A DNA stretch of 64,000 bases from Lytechinus pictus (lineage: Eukaryota): assembly GCF_037042905.1 (NCBI RefSeq), contig NC_087260.1, positions 22,382,001 to 22,446,000 of the forward strand, in the 5' to 3' direction. Shown here piece after piece: positions 39,435-49,560 of this stretch. The stretch's first letter is position 1. Each line of letters starts with the position of its first letter. The notes under the pieces are model-generated. The model saw only the letters and a program-made list of their open reading frames with translations, was not told the DNA's origin and did not search any database. The position numbers and the translations under genes were made by a program.

Positions 39435-40514
39435 ATGGCAAAACTCGTCATTTTGATAAGTTTACTCGTCATTATTCATGTGTATGAAGCCAAAGGAATA
39501 TCCTTAATGCAAGGTCAAGAAGCCAACTTGATTTTCCAATATCCTTGTGATAGTTCAGAAGTTACATTACAACAATCTAACAGACGACCATTTTATAGTT
39601 CAATAGATGGGTCGTCTCTGTCTTTGCCTGCAAATCAGGCTCAGAGATTTGAGGTTAAGAAACTGATTATCAATGCGAGCTGCTCTCTCGATCTTACCAT
39701 AAAGGATCTAATGAGAGATGATCAAGGAACATACATTTTGTTTGTTTACAAGGATAGGGAAATACTCGGTGATCATACACATAGAATTTACCTGAAAGTA
39801 CATTATCCTCCTGAGAAAGCACTTTGTGTTGTGGGGGAAGATTATGGTAGAGGATGGGTAGAGGTAGACTGTACAGCCGATGCTGGAAGTCTATCAGGGA
39901 AGATTGAATGCTATCAAAATGGTTTATGGATGCCTCACTTAACAGACCCTGTTGTGAGAGGTTCTTTATTGAAACAGACTATTCTCATCAGGAAATCACA
40001 GCCAGCGCTTTGTTGCTCTTCTGCTTTTAATGTATATAAATCAAGATGTGAATGTAATGATACTGTCTTGTTTCAAAATGAATATCATGGAAAAGATCCC
40101 TGTTCGAACATACCAATCACAACACAAATATCAACAGATCATACAGACATGGTAACGTTTATAACATCTATGAACTTTACAGACTACCACTTATCAACAT
40201 CCACTTATCCAAAAAAAATGTTCAAAGTTAAAACAGTAATCATAGTTTGTGCTCTTACAACAGCTGTGGTGTTCATATCATTAATATTCACAATTATCCG
40301 TGGTACCTACATGGAACAGAAGAACCGGAATAGTAATGTTGCATCAGAGCATCCATCTGCGTTAACAGATGTTTATACTGACGCTGAAGAATGTATTGAA
40401 CTGAATCCGAAACAGGATATACCCCGTTGCAGCAAGGACCTCAAGAAATTTGCAGACATCCATGATAAAACATTTTATAAACAAAAAGTTGAATATATTG
40501 TCAGGACGATATGA
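39435..40514 (+). CDS. Intronless type I membrane protein: signal peptide, V-like Ig domain, Cys-rich domain, S/T stalk, TM, cytoplasmic tail (copy 1)
   Basis: 359-aa ORF with caccATGG Kozak context. Hydrophobic N-terminus, Ig F-strand motif SLDLTIKDLMRDDQGTY and TM segment VIIVCALTTAVVFISLIFTII. Confidence 0.85.
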   Translation: MAKLVILISLLVIIHVYEAKGISLMQGQEANLIFQYPCDSSEVTLQQSNRRPFYSSIDGSSLSLPANQAQRFEVKKLIINASCSLDLTIKDLMRDDQGTYILFVYKDREILGDHTHRIYLKVHYPPEKALCVVGEDYGRGWVEVDCTADAGSLSGKIECYQNGLWMPHLTDPVVRGSLLKQTILIRKSQPALCCSSAFNVYKSRCECNDTVLFQNEYHGKDPCSNIPITTQISTDHTDMVTFITSMNFTDYHLSTSTYPKKMFKVKTVIIVCALTTAVVFISLIFTIIRGTYMEQKNRNSNVASEHPSALTDVYTDAEECIELNPKQDIPRCSKDLKKFADIHDKTFYKQKVEYIVRTI

Positions 40515-40692
40515 GGAAATATGAAATATATTCTCCTGGTTAATTCATACATAATGAAATTACCAAGTCATCTTCAAGTGATCTGATCAAGTATATGCAC
40601 CTCAAAGAAAGATTAGTATGTAAATATCAGTTCACTTTAGTATTATTACTTATATTTCCACATTCAATTAGTTGTTCTTATTATTTACAAAT

Positions 40693-41518
40693 GAAGAGTT
40701 TAGTTGCAAAAGGGGTTCGGTCCACTTTAGACCTTTCCGAGAAAACCATGTTTTTATTTTCACTGATTGCAACATTCTTATGAGAAACTAAATTGTCATG
40801 ATGTACTACCCTATCATGTGGACATAAAATTGGGTATAGAAGAAATCTACCGGTCTTCAATTTTTTTTTCTATATATTAAAAAAAAATTATAATTGTGGA
40901 CCTAACCCCTTTTGCAAGTAAACTGAAACGAATCCAATCTCTTTTGATAAAAAAGTGATTTTTCTTTGCAACTTTCATTCACATTTTGCTTTTGAATTTC
41001 AAACTGTCTTTGGCATCATCAGAGTGATTAAAAATTTAGAGGTTTAGAGAGAGAGAGAACAATAAAGTTTATGAAAAAATTGACCTAGCCCCTTTTGACA
41101 AATGAGATCTTCAGAAGAGTTTGGTTGCAAAAGGGGTTAGGTCCGCTCCAAGGAAATCATTATTTTAATTCTCCCATGCATATTTCGATATTCTTATGCG
41201 GAACGAAATTTTCATGATACCCTACCATGAGAACATAAAATTGGGTATAAGAGAAATCTACCTGTCTTCATATTTTTAAAGATATTCTTTTCCAAAAAAA
41301 ATCTGTGTGGACCTAATCCCTTTTGCAACTGAAATGGACCTAACCCTTTTGAAAAAAAGTGATTTTTCTTTGCCACTTTAATTCACTTTTTAATAGGAAT
41401 TTCAATTTTTCTTTGGTATCATCTTATAGAGCTTCTAAACATCTATACATTAAGACCGTGACATAAAAATCAAATTTGATGAAAAATGGACCTAACCCCT
41501 TTTACAAGTGAGCTCTTC
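40693..41518. mobile_element. Head-to-tail dimer of a ~410-bp MITE, 4-bp AAAT TSD (Sola1-like)
   Basis: AAAT|GAAGAG...ATCTTC (40693-41112), A, GAAGAG...CTCTTC|AAAT (41114-41518). The empty site ctacAAATattgc is present in copy 2 (~58228). Confidence 0.85.
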
Positions 41519-42600
41519 AAATACTGCTTTCGAACACATTAAACATCACAGCTGCAACATTCTTTGTAACATTTTGTATAGAATTTATGCTGAGTATGGT
41601 AATGATTTAGATGTGCAATCAAAAACAAGCATTACATAGTATAATAATTACCAATCAAAACTTATCATTTCTATTGAGGTAAGAAATAATACTGTACATG
41701 GGATAATCAACAGTATTTGATTATTATTATTAATCTAACAGAGGAAAAATGTTTTTTTGAATAATTGTATACCAATTGTTCTGACTTCAGAACAAATAGC
41801 AATATTTAACTTGAACAATGGACCCATTCTTAGTAGGGTGCATGCTTGAACAGTGCAATCCAGCTGGCAGGGAGTAACCCATGCCCCGTATAAGCAACGA
41901 TCACAATGACAATGTGCTGTTGGAGTGTCTGGCAAATAATGCATCATATCTCATACACGAAAAGCCTATGTGTAATTTCAGGACCTCTCATTATACTAAA
42001 ATTAAGGCATCAGATGCAGACAACTGAAAACGTATATAAGCAAATATTTCTTTATAAGCAGGTTGACACAGTACAAAATTTGAAGTCTATTAAAAATAAT
42101 TTCTAGCATTTTATTTTTATCATATATCAGCTCAAAACCACCACCACCGCCATCACACCTGATGTTTTTCTTTCTTTTACCTTTTTTGTACTCTTGTCAT
42201 TTTCGTCATTGAAAAGAAATTAATATATCACAGATCATGATAGAGAGTCACTTTGATAGAAAGAGGCACTTTCAACTTACTAAAACATGTCAAAATTCAT
42301 TGTTTTGGTACATGACTTGTATGATACTGTATGTCACACACATTTTTTTTTAGATTTCATTGATATAGAGAAAATTTCACTTGAAAAACAAAGACATTTC
42401 CGTCACAATGACTGAATTGTTTAAACACATCATGAGTTTTATCGCAAATGTTATGTATGACAGACTTGCGGTGATCTAGCTATAGATAAAAAATTTGTAT
42501 GTTCCATATGTTTTAATTTTGCAGAGGAAATACTATGAGCTTCTATATCTGTTATCTGTTACATTCATTCAGTGGATTTGTTTACACTATGTATTCTATG

Positions 42601-43038
42601 ACAATATTTGTATTTGTGAAATGTTTTAATATTCATTGGGAATTAATATTCATTGGGAATATCATTATGAGCTTCCTTATGTGTTGCTGACTTGCAGTAG
42701 ATATGTTCACACTAAAACAATATTTGTATTTGTGAAATGTTTTAATATTCATTGGGAATTAATATTCATTGGGAATATCATTATGAGCTTCCTTATGTGT
42801 TGCTGACTTGCAGTAGATATGTTCACACTAAAACAATATTTGTATTTGTGAAATGTTTTAATATTCATTGGGAATATCATTATGAGCTTACTTATGTGTT
42901 GCTGACTTGCAGTAGATATGTATACACTAAAACAATATTTGTAATTGTGAAATGTTTTAATATTCATTGGCAATCAATATTCATTGGGAATATTATTATG
43001 AGCTTCCTTATGTGTTGCTGACTTGCAGTAGATATGTT
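42601..43038. repeat. Tandem repeat, about four units of 99-116 bp
   Basis: The unit acaatatttgtatttgtgaaatgttttaatattcattggg...gacttgcagtagatatgt starts at 42601, 42717, 42833 and 42932. Only ~1.5 units are present at ~59140-59270. Confidence 0.9.
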
Positions 43039-43164
43039 AGTAGTTAGGGGTTAGACCTCATCCTAATTGACCTTTGACCTTTGACCTTTGACCGCATGAC
43101 CTTTGACCCCAACTTCCGGTCACTGTTGACCCCGTGACCCCACCTTCCGGTCAATCATGACCTT

Positions 43165-43996
43165 TGACCTTTGGGTACGCGGTAAACAGGAAATTGGATA
43201 ATGACTCCGCGTGGGGACGCCATCTTAATTGGATAATGAAGCGCGGGGACACGATTTTAATTGGATAATGACTCCGCGTGGGGACGCCATCTTAATTGGA
43301 TAATGAAACGCGGGACGCGATTTTAATTGGATAATGAGGGTCGGCGTGGGGACGCCACGCTTCAACCCGGAAATGATGGGGGTGACGACGTCACCGGCTA
43401 CGCAAGCACCGTGATGTCATCCCAGGGAATTACCCTTTACCCGGTATTGCACCACCGTGGCGCAATCGTCATCGCCACGTATAGGATACGATGCGCAAAA
43501 TAGACGTATGATTTCTATACAGTTAAAAAGTGAAAAGTTATCTTTCTCCGCCTACCAGCAGATATGTCGAGTGCCTCGCGTGACCTTTGGGTACGCGGTA
43601 AACAGGAAATTGGATAATGACTCCGCGTGGGGACGCCATCTTAATTGGATAATGAAGCGCGGGGACACGATTTTAATTGGATAATGACTCCGCGTGGGGA
43701 CGCCATCTTAATTGGATAATGAAACGCGGGACGCGATTTTAATTGGATAATGAGGGTCGGCGTGGGGACGCCACGCTTCAACCCGGAAATGATGGGGGTG
43801 ACGACGTCACCGGCTACGCAAGCACCGTGATGTCATCCCAGGGAATTACCCTTTACCCGGTATTGCACCACCGTGGCGCAATCGTCATCGCCACGTATAG
43901 GATACGATGCGCAAAATAGACGTATGATTTCTATACAGTTAAAAAGTGAAAAGTTATCTTTCTCCGCCTACCAGCAGATATGTCGAGTGCCTCGCG
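43165..43996. repeat. 416-bp tandem duplication inside the left arm (mirrored at ~48002-48833)
   Basis: tgacctttgggtacgcgg...gtgcctcgcg occurs twice. Each unit has five ATTGGATAATGA motifs. Confidence 0.95.
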
Positions 43997-44510
43997 GTTC
44001 ACGAATCGATCGCCCCATGCACGGCCAACGCGCGTCATTGAACTTGGGATATCCTATTCAAGGTGAAAGCCGGCTCTCTCTGCCTCTTATTACAACAATT
44101 ATTGGTAATCCAACGTGTGATTATTATAGTGACATCTCAAGCTCTACTAATTCCAGACTTTTACACATCAAAACTCTCTGACTTTTTCATACTGTTTTGT
44201 TCATACTTTTCATTTAACTCACATGACCTGCCCGGCTCTCTGACTCGCAAAAAGTATACTATATTGAAACCGGTAGATGCCTCCTTTAAATCAACTTCAT
44301 TCATCCGCATTACAGATGGTGATAACATGAAACACTATACAGTAAAGGATGATTCTTTATTATTCACATCATTTATTCTATTCCATTTCAATGTAGATAG
44401 GTTCAGATAGTGTATAAACTGCAGATTTTGATACAAAGGTAAAATAATGTAAGTTATGTTCTCAAATTATGTTGTAATAACAAACTAATTGTTAACTGTT
44501 AATTGTTAAT

Positions 44511-45078
44511 ATGAAAGTGAAGTTCTCGTTTTTCTATTTCTTCGCTTAACTTAATGGATTGTAACACATGTCTATGGATGGCATTCAGAAAATATGAACA
44601 CAATGAACTTCAAACTGTCATTTATGTTGACGGCGTTTTCTTGGATTATTAATATTTGACAAGCTGATGTTTGTGCCTTTAGTTGTAGACTCCATCTTCA
44701 CCCTCCGTTTCTTCTCCACCATCATCATTATCGTCATCGTCACCTTGATACTGGAATAAGCCATCGAATCGTGAACCATGCCTGGCTAACACTCATGAAA
44801 GTGAAGTTCTCGTTTTTCTATTTCTTCGCTTAACTTAATGGATTGTAACACATGTCTATGGATGGCATTCAGAAAATATGAACACAATGAACTTCAAACT
44901 GTCATTTATGTTGACGGCGTTTTCTTGGATTATTAATATTTGACAAGCTGATGTTTGTGCCTTTAGTTGTAGACTCCATCTTCACCCTCCGTTTCTTCTC
45001 CACCATCATCATTATCGTCATCGTCACCTTGATACTGGAATAAGCCATCGAATCGTGAACCATGCCTGGCTAACACTC
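44511..45078. repeat. 284-bp tandem duplication of the ORF 3' end and 3' flank (mirrored at 46920-47487)
   Basis: atgaaagtgaagttctcg...ggctaacactc starts at 44511 and again at 44795. Confidence 0.95.
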
Positions 45079-45613
45079 TCTGTACGGCTTTCCGGAATTC
45101 CATGCCATTCTCTAATCTTTCCGTGAGATCGGACACGATTTCACGATTGATGTCAGCGTCTTCGAGGTACACGTTCTGCTGCAAGAACTGAGAGTAAAGA
45201 TCGAAAAAGATGCGTTTGACTGCCCAGAGTAGTTTCACGTGAGCCTTTGCTTTAGCGTCTTCTTCTTCCATTCCTTCTGAGATGTATTTCTGATATTTTT
45301 CGTCTCTCAAGTCCTCGGTGGTTGTCATGGCTTGCTCTAACCATCCTCGATAAGCGAGGTTGTCTTCAGTTTCTTCCATGTTTGCTGTCATTGACGATTC
45401 GTGTCCATCGCTTTCTGATACGCTCGTTTCGGAATCATCGTTGGATTCTTCAACTCTTTGCATTTGAGAGGATGGGTCGGAGTCTTCATCTTCACTCGTT
45501 TCTTCTCCAGTATCATGCTCGTTTTGTTCATGCCTCTGCATATCATACTTCCTACTAAAGGTTTTATCGCATCGTGAACAAGCGTAACGGTTGGACATAT
45601 CCAACGTATTCAT
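44963..45613 (-). CDS. Single C2H2 zinc finger + acidic region + helical C-terminal domain protein (left-arm copy)
   Basis: MNTLDMSNRYACSRCDKTFSRKYDMQRHEQNEH has CxxC-x12-HxxxxH. It is followed by a D/E/S-rich linker and an amphipathic helical region. Intronless; the open frame extends to 45661. Confidence 0.8.
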   Translation of the reverse strand: MNTLDMSNRYACSRCDKTFSRKYDMQRHEQNEHDTGEETSEDEDSDPSSQMQRVEESNDDSETSVSESDGHESSMTANMEETEDNLAYRGWLEQAMTTTEDLRDEKYQKYISEGMEEEDAKAKAHVKLLWAVKRIFFDLYSQFLQQNVYLEDADINREIVSDLTERLENGMEFRKAVQRVLARHGSRFDGLFQYQGDDDDNDDGGEETEGEDGVYN

Positions 45614-45705
45614 GTTGACTCGATGATTATTTGCTGGGAAATGAAGAAAATTAGCGTTCAACCTTGTAATAATACGTAATCATGAAACGCGCGCGAAGGT
45701 ACTTC

Positions 45706-46292
45706 GATTCTTACGGATTATTACTGATTTTTACGGATTTTTACGGATTTTTACGGATTCTTACGGATTTTTGCGGATTCTTACGGATTCTTACGGATTT
45801 TTACGGATTCTTACGGATTTTTACGGATTCTTACGGATTTTTGCGGATTCTTACGGATTATAGCTTACGGATGTTTACGGATTCTTACGGATTCTTACGG
45901 ATTTTTTACGGATTCTTACGGATCCTTACGGATTCTTACGGATTCTTGCGGATTCCCATGCTGCATGGGTCATTCCAACGTGGATGAACATATTTTCCTT
46001 GAGATTATATGAAAGCATTAATTAATCCGCAAGAATCCGTAAGAATCCGTAAAAATCCGTAAGAATCCGTAAAAAATCCGTAAGAATCCGTAAGAATCCG
46101 TAAAAATCCGTAAGAATCCGTAAACATCCGTAAGCTATAATCCGTAAGAATCCGCAAAAATCCGTAAGAATCCGTAAAAATCCGTAAGAATCCGTAAAAA
46201 TCCGTAAGAATCCGTAAGAATCCGCAAAAATCCGTAAGAATCCGTAAAAATCCGTAAAAATCCGTAAAAATCAGTAATAATCCGTAAGAATC
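45706..46292. repeat. Inverted 10-bp minisatellite (TTACGGATTY)n / (RAATCCGTAA)n flanking the 69-bp central spacer
   Basis: About 25 units left of 45955 and about 27 units right of 46023. Confidence 0.95.
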
Positions 46293-46384
46293 GAAGTACC
46301 TTCGCGCGCGTTTCATGATTACGTATTATTACAAGGTTGAACGTTAATTTTCTTCATTTCCCAGCAAATAATCATCGAGTCAAC

Positions 46385-47035
46385 ATGAATACGTTGGATA
46401 TGTCCAACCGTTACGCTTGTTCACGATGCGATAAAACCTTTAGTAGGAAGTATGATATGCAGAGGCATGAACAAAACGAGCATGATACTGGAGAAGAAAC
46501 GAGTGAAGATGAAGACTCCGACCCATCCTCTCAAATGCAAAGAGTTGAAGAATCCAACGATGATTCCGAAACGAGCGTATCAGAAAGCGATGGACACGAA
46601 TCGTCAATGACAGCAAACATGGAAGAAACTGAAGACAACCTCGCTTATCGAGGATGGTTAGAGCAAGCCATGACAACCACCGAGGACTTGAGAGACGAAA
46701 AATATCAGAAATACATCTCAGAAGGAATGGAAGAAGAAGACGCTAAAGCAAAGGCTCACGTGAAACTACTCTGGGCAGTCAAACGCATCTTTTTCGATCT
46801 TTACTCTCAGTTCTTGCAGCAGAACGTGTACCTCGAAGACGCTGACATCAATCGTGAAATCGTGTCCGATCTCACGGAAAGATTAGAGAATGGCATGGAA
46901 TTCCGGAAAGCCGTACAGAGAGTGTTAGCCAGGCATGGTTCACGATTCGATGGCTTATTCCAGTATCAAGGTGACGATGACGATAATGATGATGGTGGAG
47001 AAGAAACGGAGGGTGAAGATGGAGTCTACAACTAA
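46385..47035 (+). CDS. Single C2H2 zinc finger + acidic region + helical C-terminal domain protein (right-arm copy)
   Basis: Same protein as the left-arm copy from the first ATG (216 aa). The alternative start MSNRY is at 46400. Confidence 0.8.
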   Translation: MNTLDMSNRYACSRCDKTFSRKYDMQRHEQNEHDTGEETSEDEDSDPSSQMQRVEESNDDSETSVSESDGHESSMTANMEETEDNLAYRGWLEQAMTTTEDLRDEKYQKYISEGMEEEDAKAKAHVKLLWAVKRIFFDLYSQFLQQNVYLEDADINREIVSDLTERLENGMEFRKAVQRVLARHGSRFDGLFQYQGDDDDNDDGGEETEGEDGVYN

Positions 47036-49499
47036 AGGCACAAACATCAGCTTGTCAAATATTAATAATCCAAGAAAACGCCGTCAACATAAATGACAGT
47101 TTGAAGTTCATTGTGTTCATATTTTCTGAATGCCATCCATAGACATGTGTTACAATCCATTAAGTTAAGCGAAGAAATAGAAAAACGAGAACTTCACTTT
47201 CATGAGTGTTAGCCAGGCATGGTTCACGATTCGATGGCTTATTCCAGTATCAAGGTGACGATGACGATAATGATGATGGTGGAGAAGAAACGGAGGGTGA
47301 AGATGGAGTCTACAACTAAAGGCACAAACATCAGCTTGTCAAATATTAATAATCCAAGAAAACGCCGTCAACATAAATGACAGTTTGAAGTTCATTGTGT
47401 TCATATTTTCTGAATGCCATCCATAGACATGTGTTACAATCCATTAAGTTAAGCGAAGAAATAGAAAAACGAGAACTTCACTTTCATATTAACAATTAAC
47501 AGTTAACAATTAGTTTGTTATTACAACATAATTTGAGAACATAACTTACATTATTTTACCTTTGTATCAAAATCTGCAGTTTATACACTATCTGAACCTA
47601 TCTACATTGAAATGGAATAGAATAAATGATGTGAATAATAAAGAATCATCCTTTACTGTATAGTGTTTCATGTTATCACCATCTGTAATGCGGATGAATG
47701 AAGTTGATTTAAAGGAGGCATCTACCGGTTTCAATATAGTATACTTTTTGCGAGTCAGAGAGCCGGGCAGGTCATGTGAGTTAAATGAAAAGTATGAACA
47801 AAACAGTATGAAAAAGTCAGAGAGTTTTGATGTGTAAAAGTCTGGAATTAGTAGAGCTTGAGATGTCACTATAATAATCACACGTTGGATTACCAATAAT
47901 TGTTGTAATAAGAGGCAGAGAGAGCCGGCTTTCACCTTGAATAGGATATCCCAAGTTCAATGACGCGCGTTGGCCGTGCATGGGGCGATCGATTCGTGAA
48001 CCGCGAGGCACTCGACATATCTGCTGGTAGGCGGAGAAAGATAACTTTTCACTTTTTAACTGTATAGAAATCATACGTCTATTTTGCGCATCGTATCCTA
48101 TACGTGGCGATGACGATTGCGCCACGGTGGTGCAATACCGGGTAAAGGGTAATTCCCTGGGATGACATCACGGTGCTTGCGTAGCCGGTGACGTCGTCAC
48201 CCCCATCATTTCCGGGTTGAAGCGTGGCGTCCCCACGCCGACCCTCATTATCCAATTAAAATCGCGTCCCGCGTTTCATTATCCAATTAAGATGGCGTCC
48301 CCACGCGGAGTCATTATCCAATTAAAATCGTGTCCCCGCGCTTCATTATCCAATTAAGATGGCGTCCCCACGCGGAGTCATTATCCAATTTCCTGTTTAC
48401 CGCGTACCCAAAGGTCACGCGAGGCACTCGACATATCTGCTGGTAGGCGGAGAAAGATAACTTTTCACTTTTTAACTGTATAGAAATCATACGTCTATTT
48501 TGCGCATCGTATCCTATACGTGGCGATGACGATTGCGCCACGGTGGTGCAATACCGGGTAAAGGGTAATTCCCTGGGATGACATCACGGTGCTTGCGTAG
48601 CCGGTGACGTCGTCACCCCCATCATTTCCGGGTTGAAGCGTGGCGTCCCCACGCCGACCCTCATTATCCAATTAAAATCGCGTCCCGCGTTTCATTATCC
48701 AATTAAGATGGCGTCCCCACGCGGAGTCATTATCCAATTAAAATCGTGTCCCCGCGCTTCATTATCCAATTAAGATGGCGTCCCCACGCGGAGTCATTAT
48801 CCAATTTCCTGTTTACCGCGTACCCAAAGGTCAAAGGTCATGATTGACCGGAAGGTGGGGTCACGGGGTCAACAGTGACCGGAAGTTGGGGTCAAAGGTC
48901 ATGCGGTCAAAGGTCAAAGGTCAATTAGGATGAGGTCTAACCCCTAACTAAAACTTGAAGAGCCCCGACGGGGGGATTTTGCATTGTAAGTCCCCTAATG
49001 GTGGCTGCACGATAGCGAGCCGTCTGTGTATGAGGAGAAATTTAAAAAATAAAAAAATGTTAAAAAACTCCTCGAAACAGACGGCTGCCAGCTGTCTAGC
49101 CCAGGCCATGCCTCACAGCTCACTACTCAGCCTCAGTCTCAGAGTCTGACGCCCAATATGTTTTCCATTCATTTCAACTTCAACAACATGTTTCCATCAA
49201 AGGTCTTTTTTCCCCTTCTAAACTTAACGCTACATAGTCTAACGTTAGGTCTAATTATCCACACGTTCATCTAAAAATCAAATGCAGTCACAGCCACACA
49301 GGTCATCATCAACACGAACCAAAACCGATGGACAAGCCGCCCCGCCGGCCGGGCTGGGACAGGAGACGAGGTCGAGGAAGAGTCAAAACGTACGGTACCA
49401 TCTCGTCAGTAGTTTACAATCTAACGAAGATATCAAATTTAAACAATAAAGCCATGAGATACAGGCTACATATTTCTTAAAATCATATACATGAATTAC

Positions 49500-49560
49500 C
49501 TTGTTGAAGTTCATTGATGCTTTTAGTAAGAACCTCCATATGAAATGCATTTCCAGCCAT
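49500..49560 (-). pseudogene. Orphan duplicate of SYCE1-like exon 1 with its flanks (~49100-49880)
   Basis: The 61 nt are identical to 31547-31607, with an intact ATG and GT donor. Flanks are homologous to, but diverged from, ~31205-32150. No duplicate of exons 2-8 is present. Confidence 0.85.

Larger units (their letters stand above)
33853..43038 (+). repeat. Segmental duplication, copy 1 (partner 51389-~59230)
   Basis: Offset is 17536 to 17532. The copies are near-identical up to the Ig ORF and visibly diverged after its stop codon. Confidence 0.95.
43039..48950. mobile_element. 5.9-kb palindromic non-autonomous Polinton/Maverick-like element (two ~2.9-kb inverted arms, 69-bp spacer)
   Basis: Arm 43039-45954 is the reverse complement of 46024-48950. 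The left end is AGTAGTTAGGGG and the right end is CCCCTAACTA (lacks the final CT). No pPolB, integrase or capsid ORF is present. The palindrome is certain; the family call rests on the terminus and architecture. Confidence 0.7.

Noticed and set aside
40300-40514. ITIM/ITAM or PDZ motif in the Ig-receptor tail
   Set aside because: Tyrosines are present (TYMEQ, VYTDA, FYKQK, EYIVR), but none fits [ILVS]xYxx[LV] or paired YxxL, and the C-terminal RTI is not a class I PDZ motif.
43045-43054. Telomere-like TTAGGGGTTA at the element end
   Set aside because: It is a single imperfect unit, not a (TTAGGG)n array, so there is no evidence of telomere healing.
43457-44410. Short ORFs (MAQSSSPRIG..., MKAGSL...) repeated in the arms and the third fragment
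   Set aside because: They have non-ATG starts and no recognisable domain, and they recur only because the DNA is duplicated.
45706-46292. Possible CRISPR-like array
   Set aside because: The units are contiguous with no unique spacers, the context is eukaryotic and there are no cas genes.
45682-46316. ORFs 45682-45987 (+) and 46005-46316 (-) with FLRILTDSYG repeats
   Set aside because: They are by-products of translating a stop-poor 10-bp minisatellite, and there is no evidence of coding.
43033-48956. Clean Polinton insertion with 6-bp TSD
   Set aside because: The flanks TATGTT and AAACTT differ and the right terminus lacks its last 2 nt, so this is not an intact single insertion.
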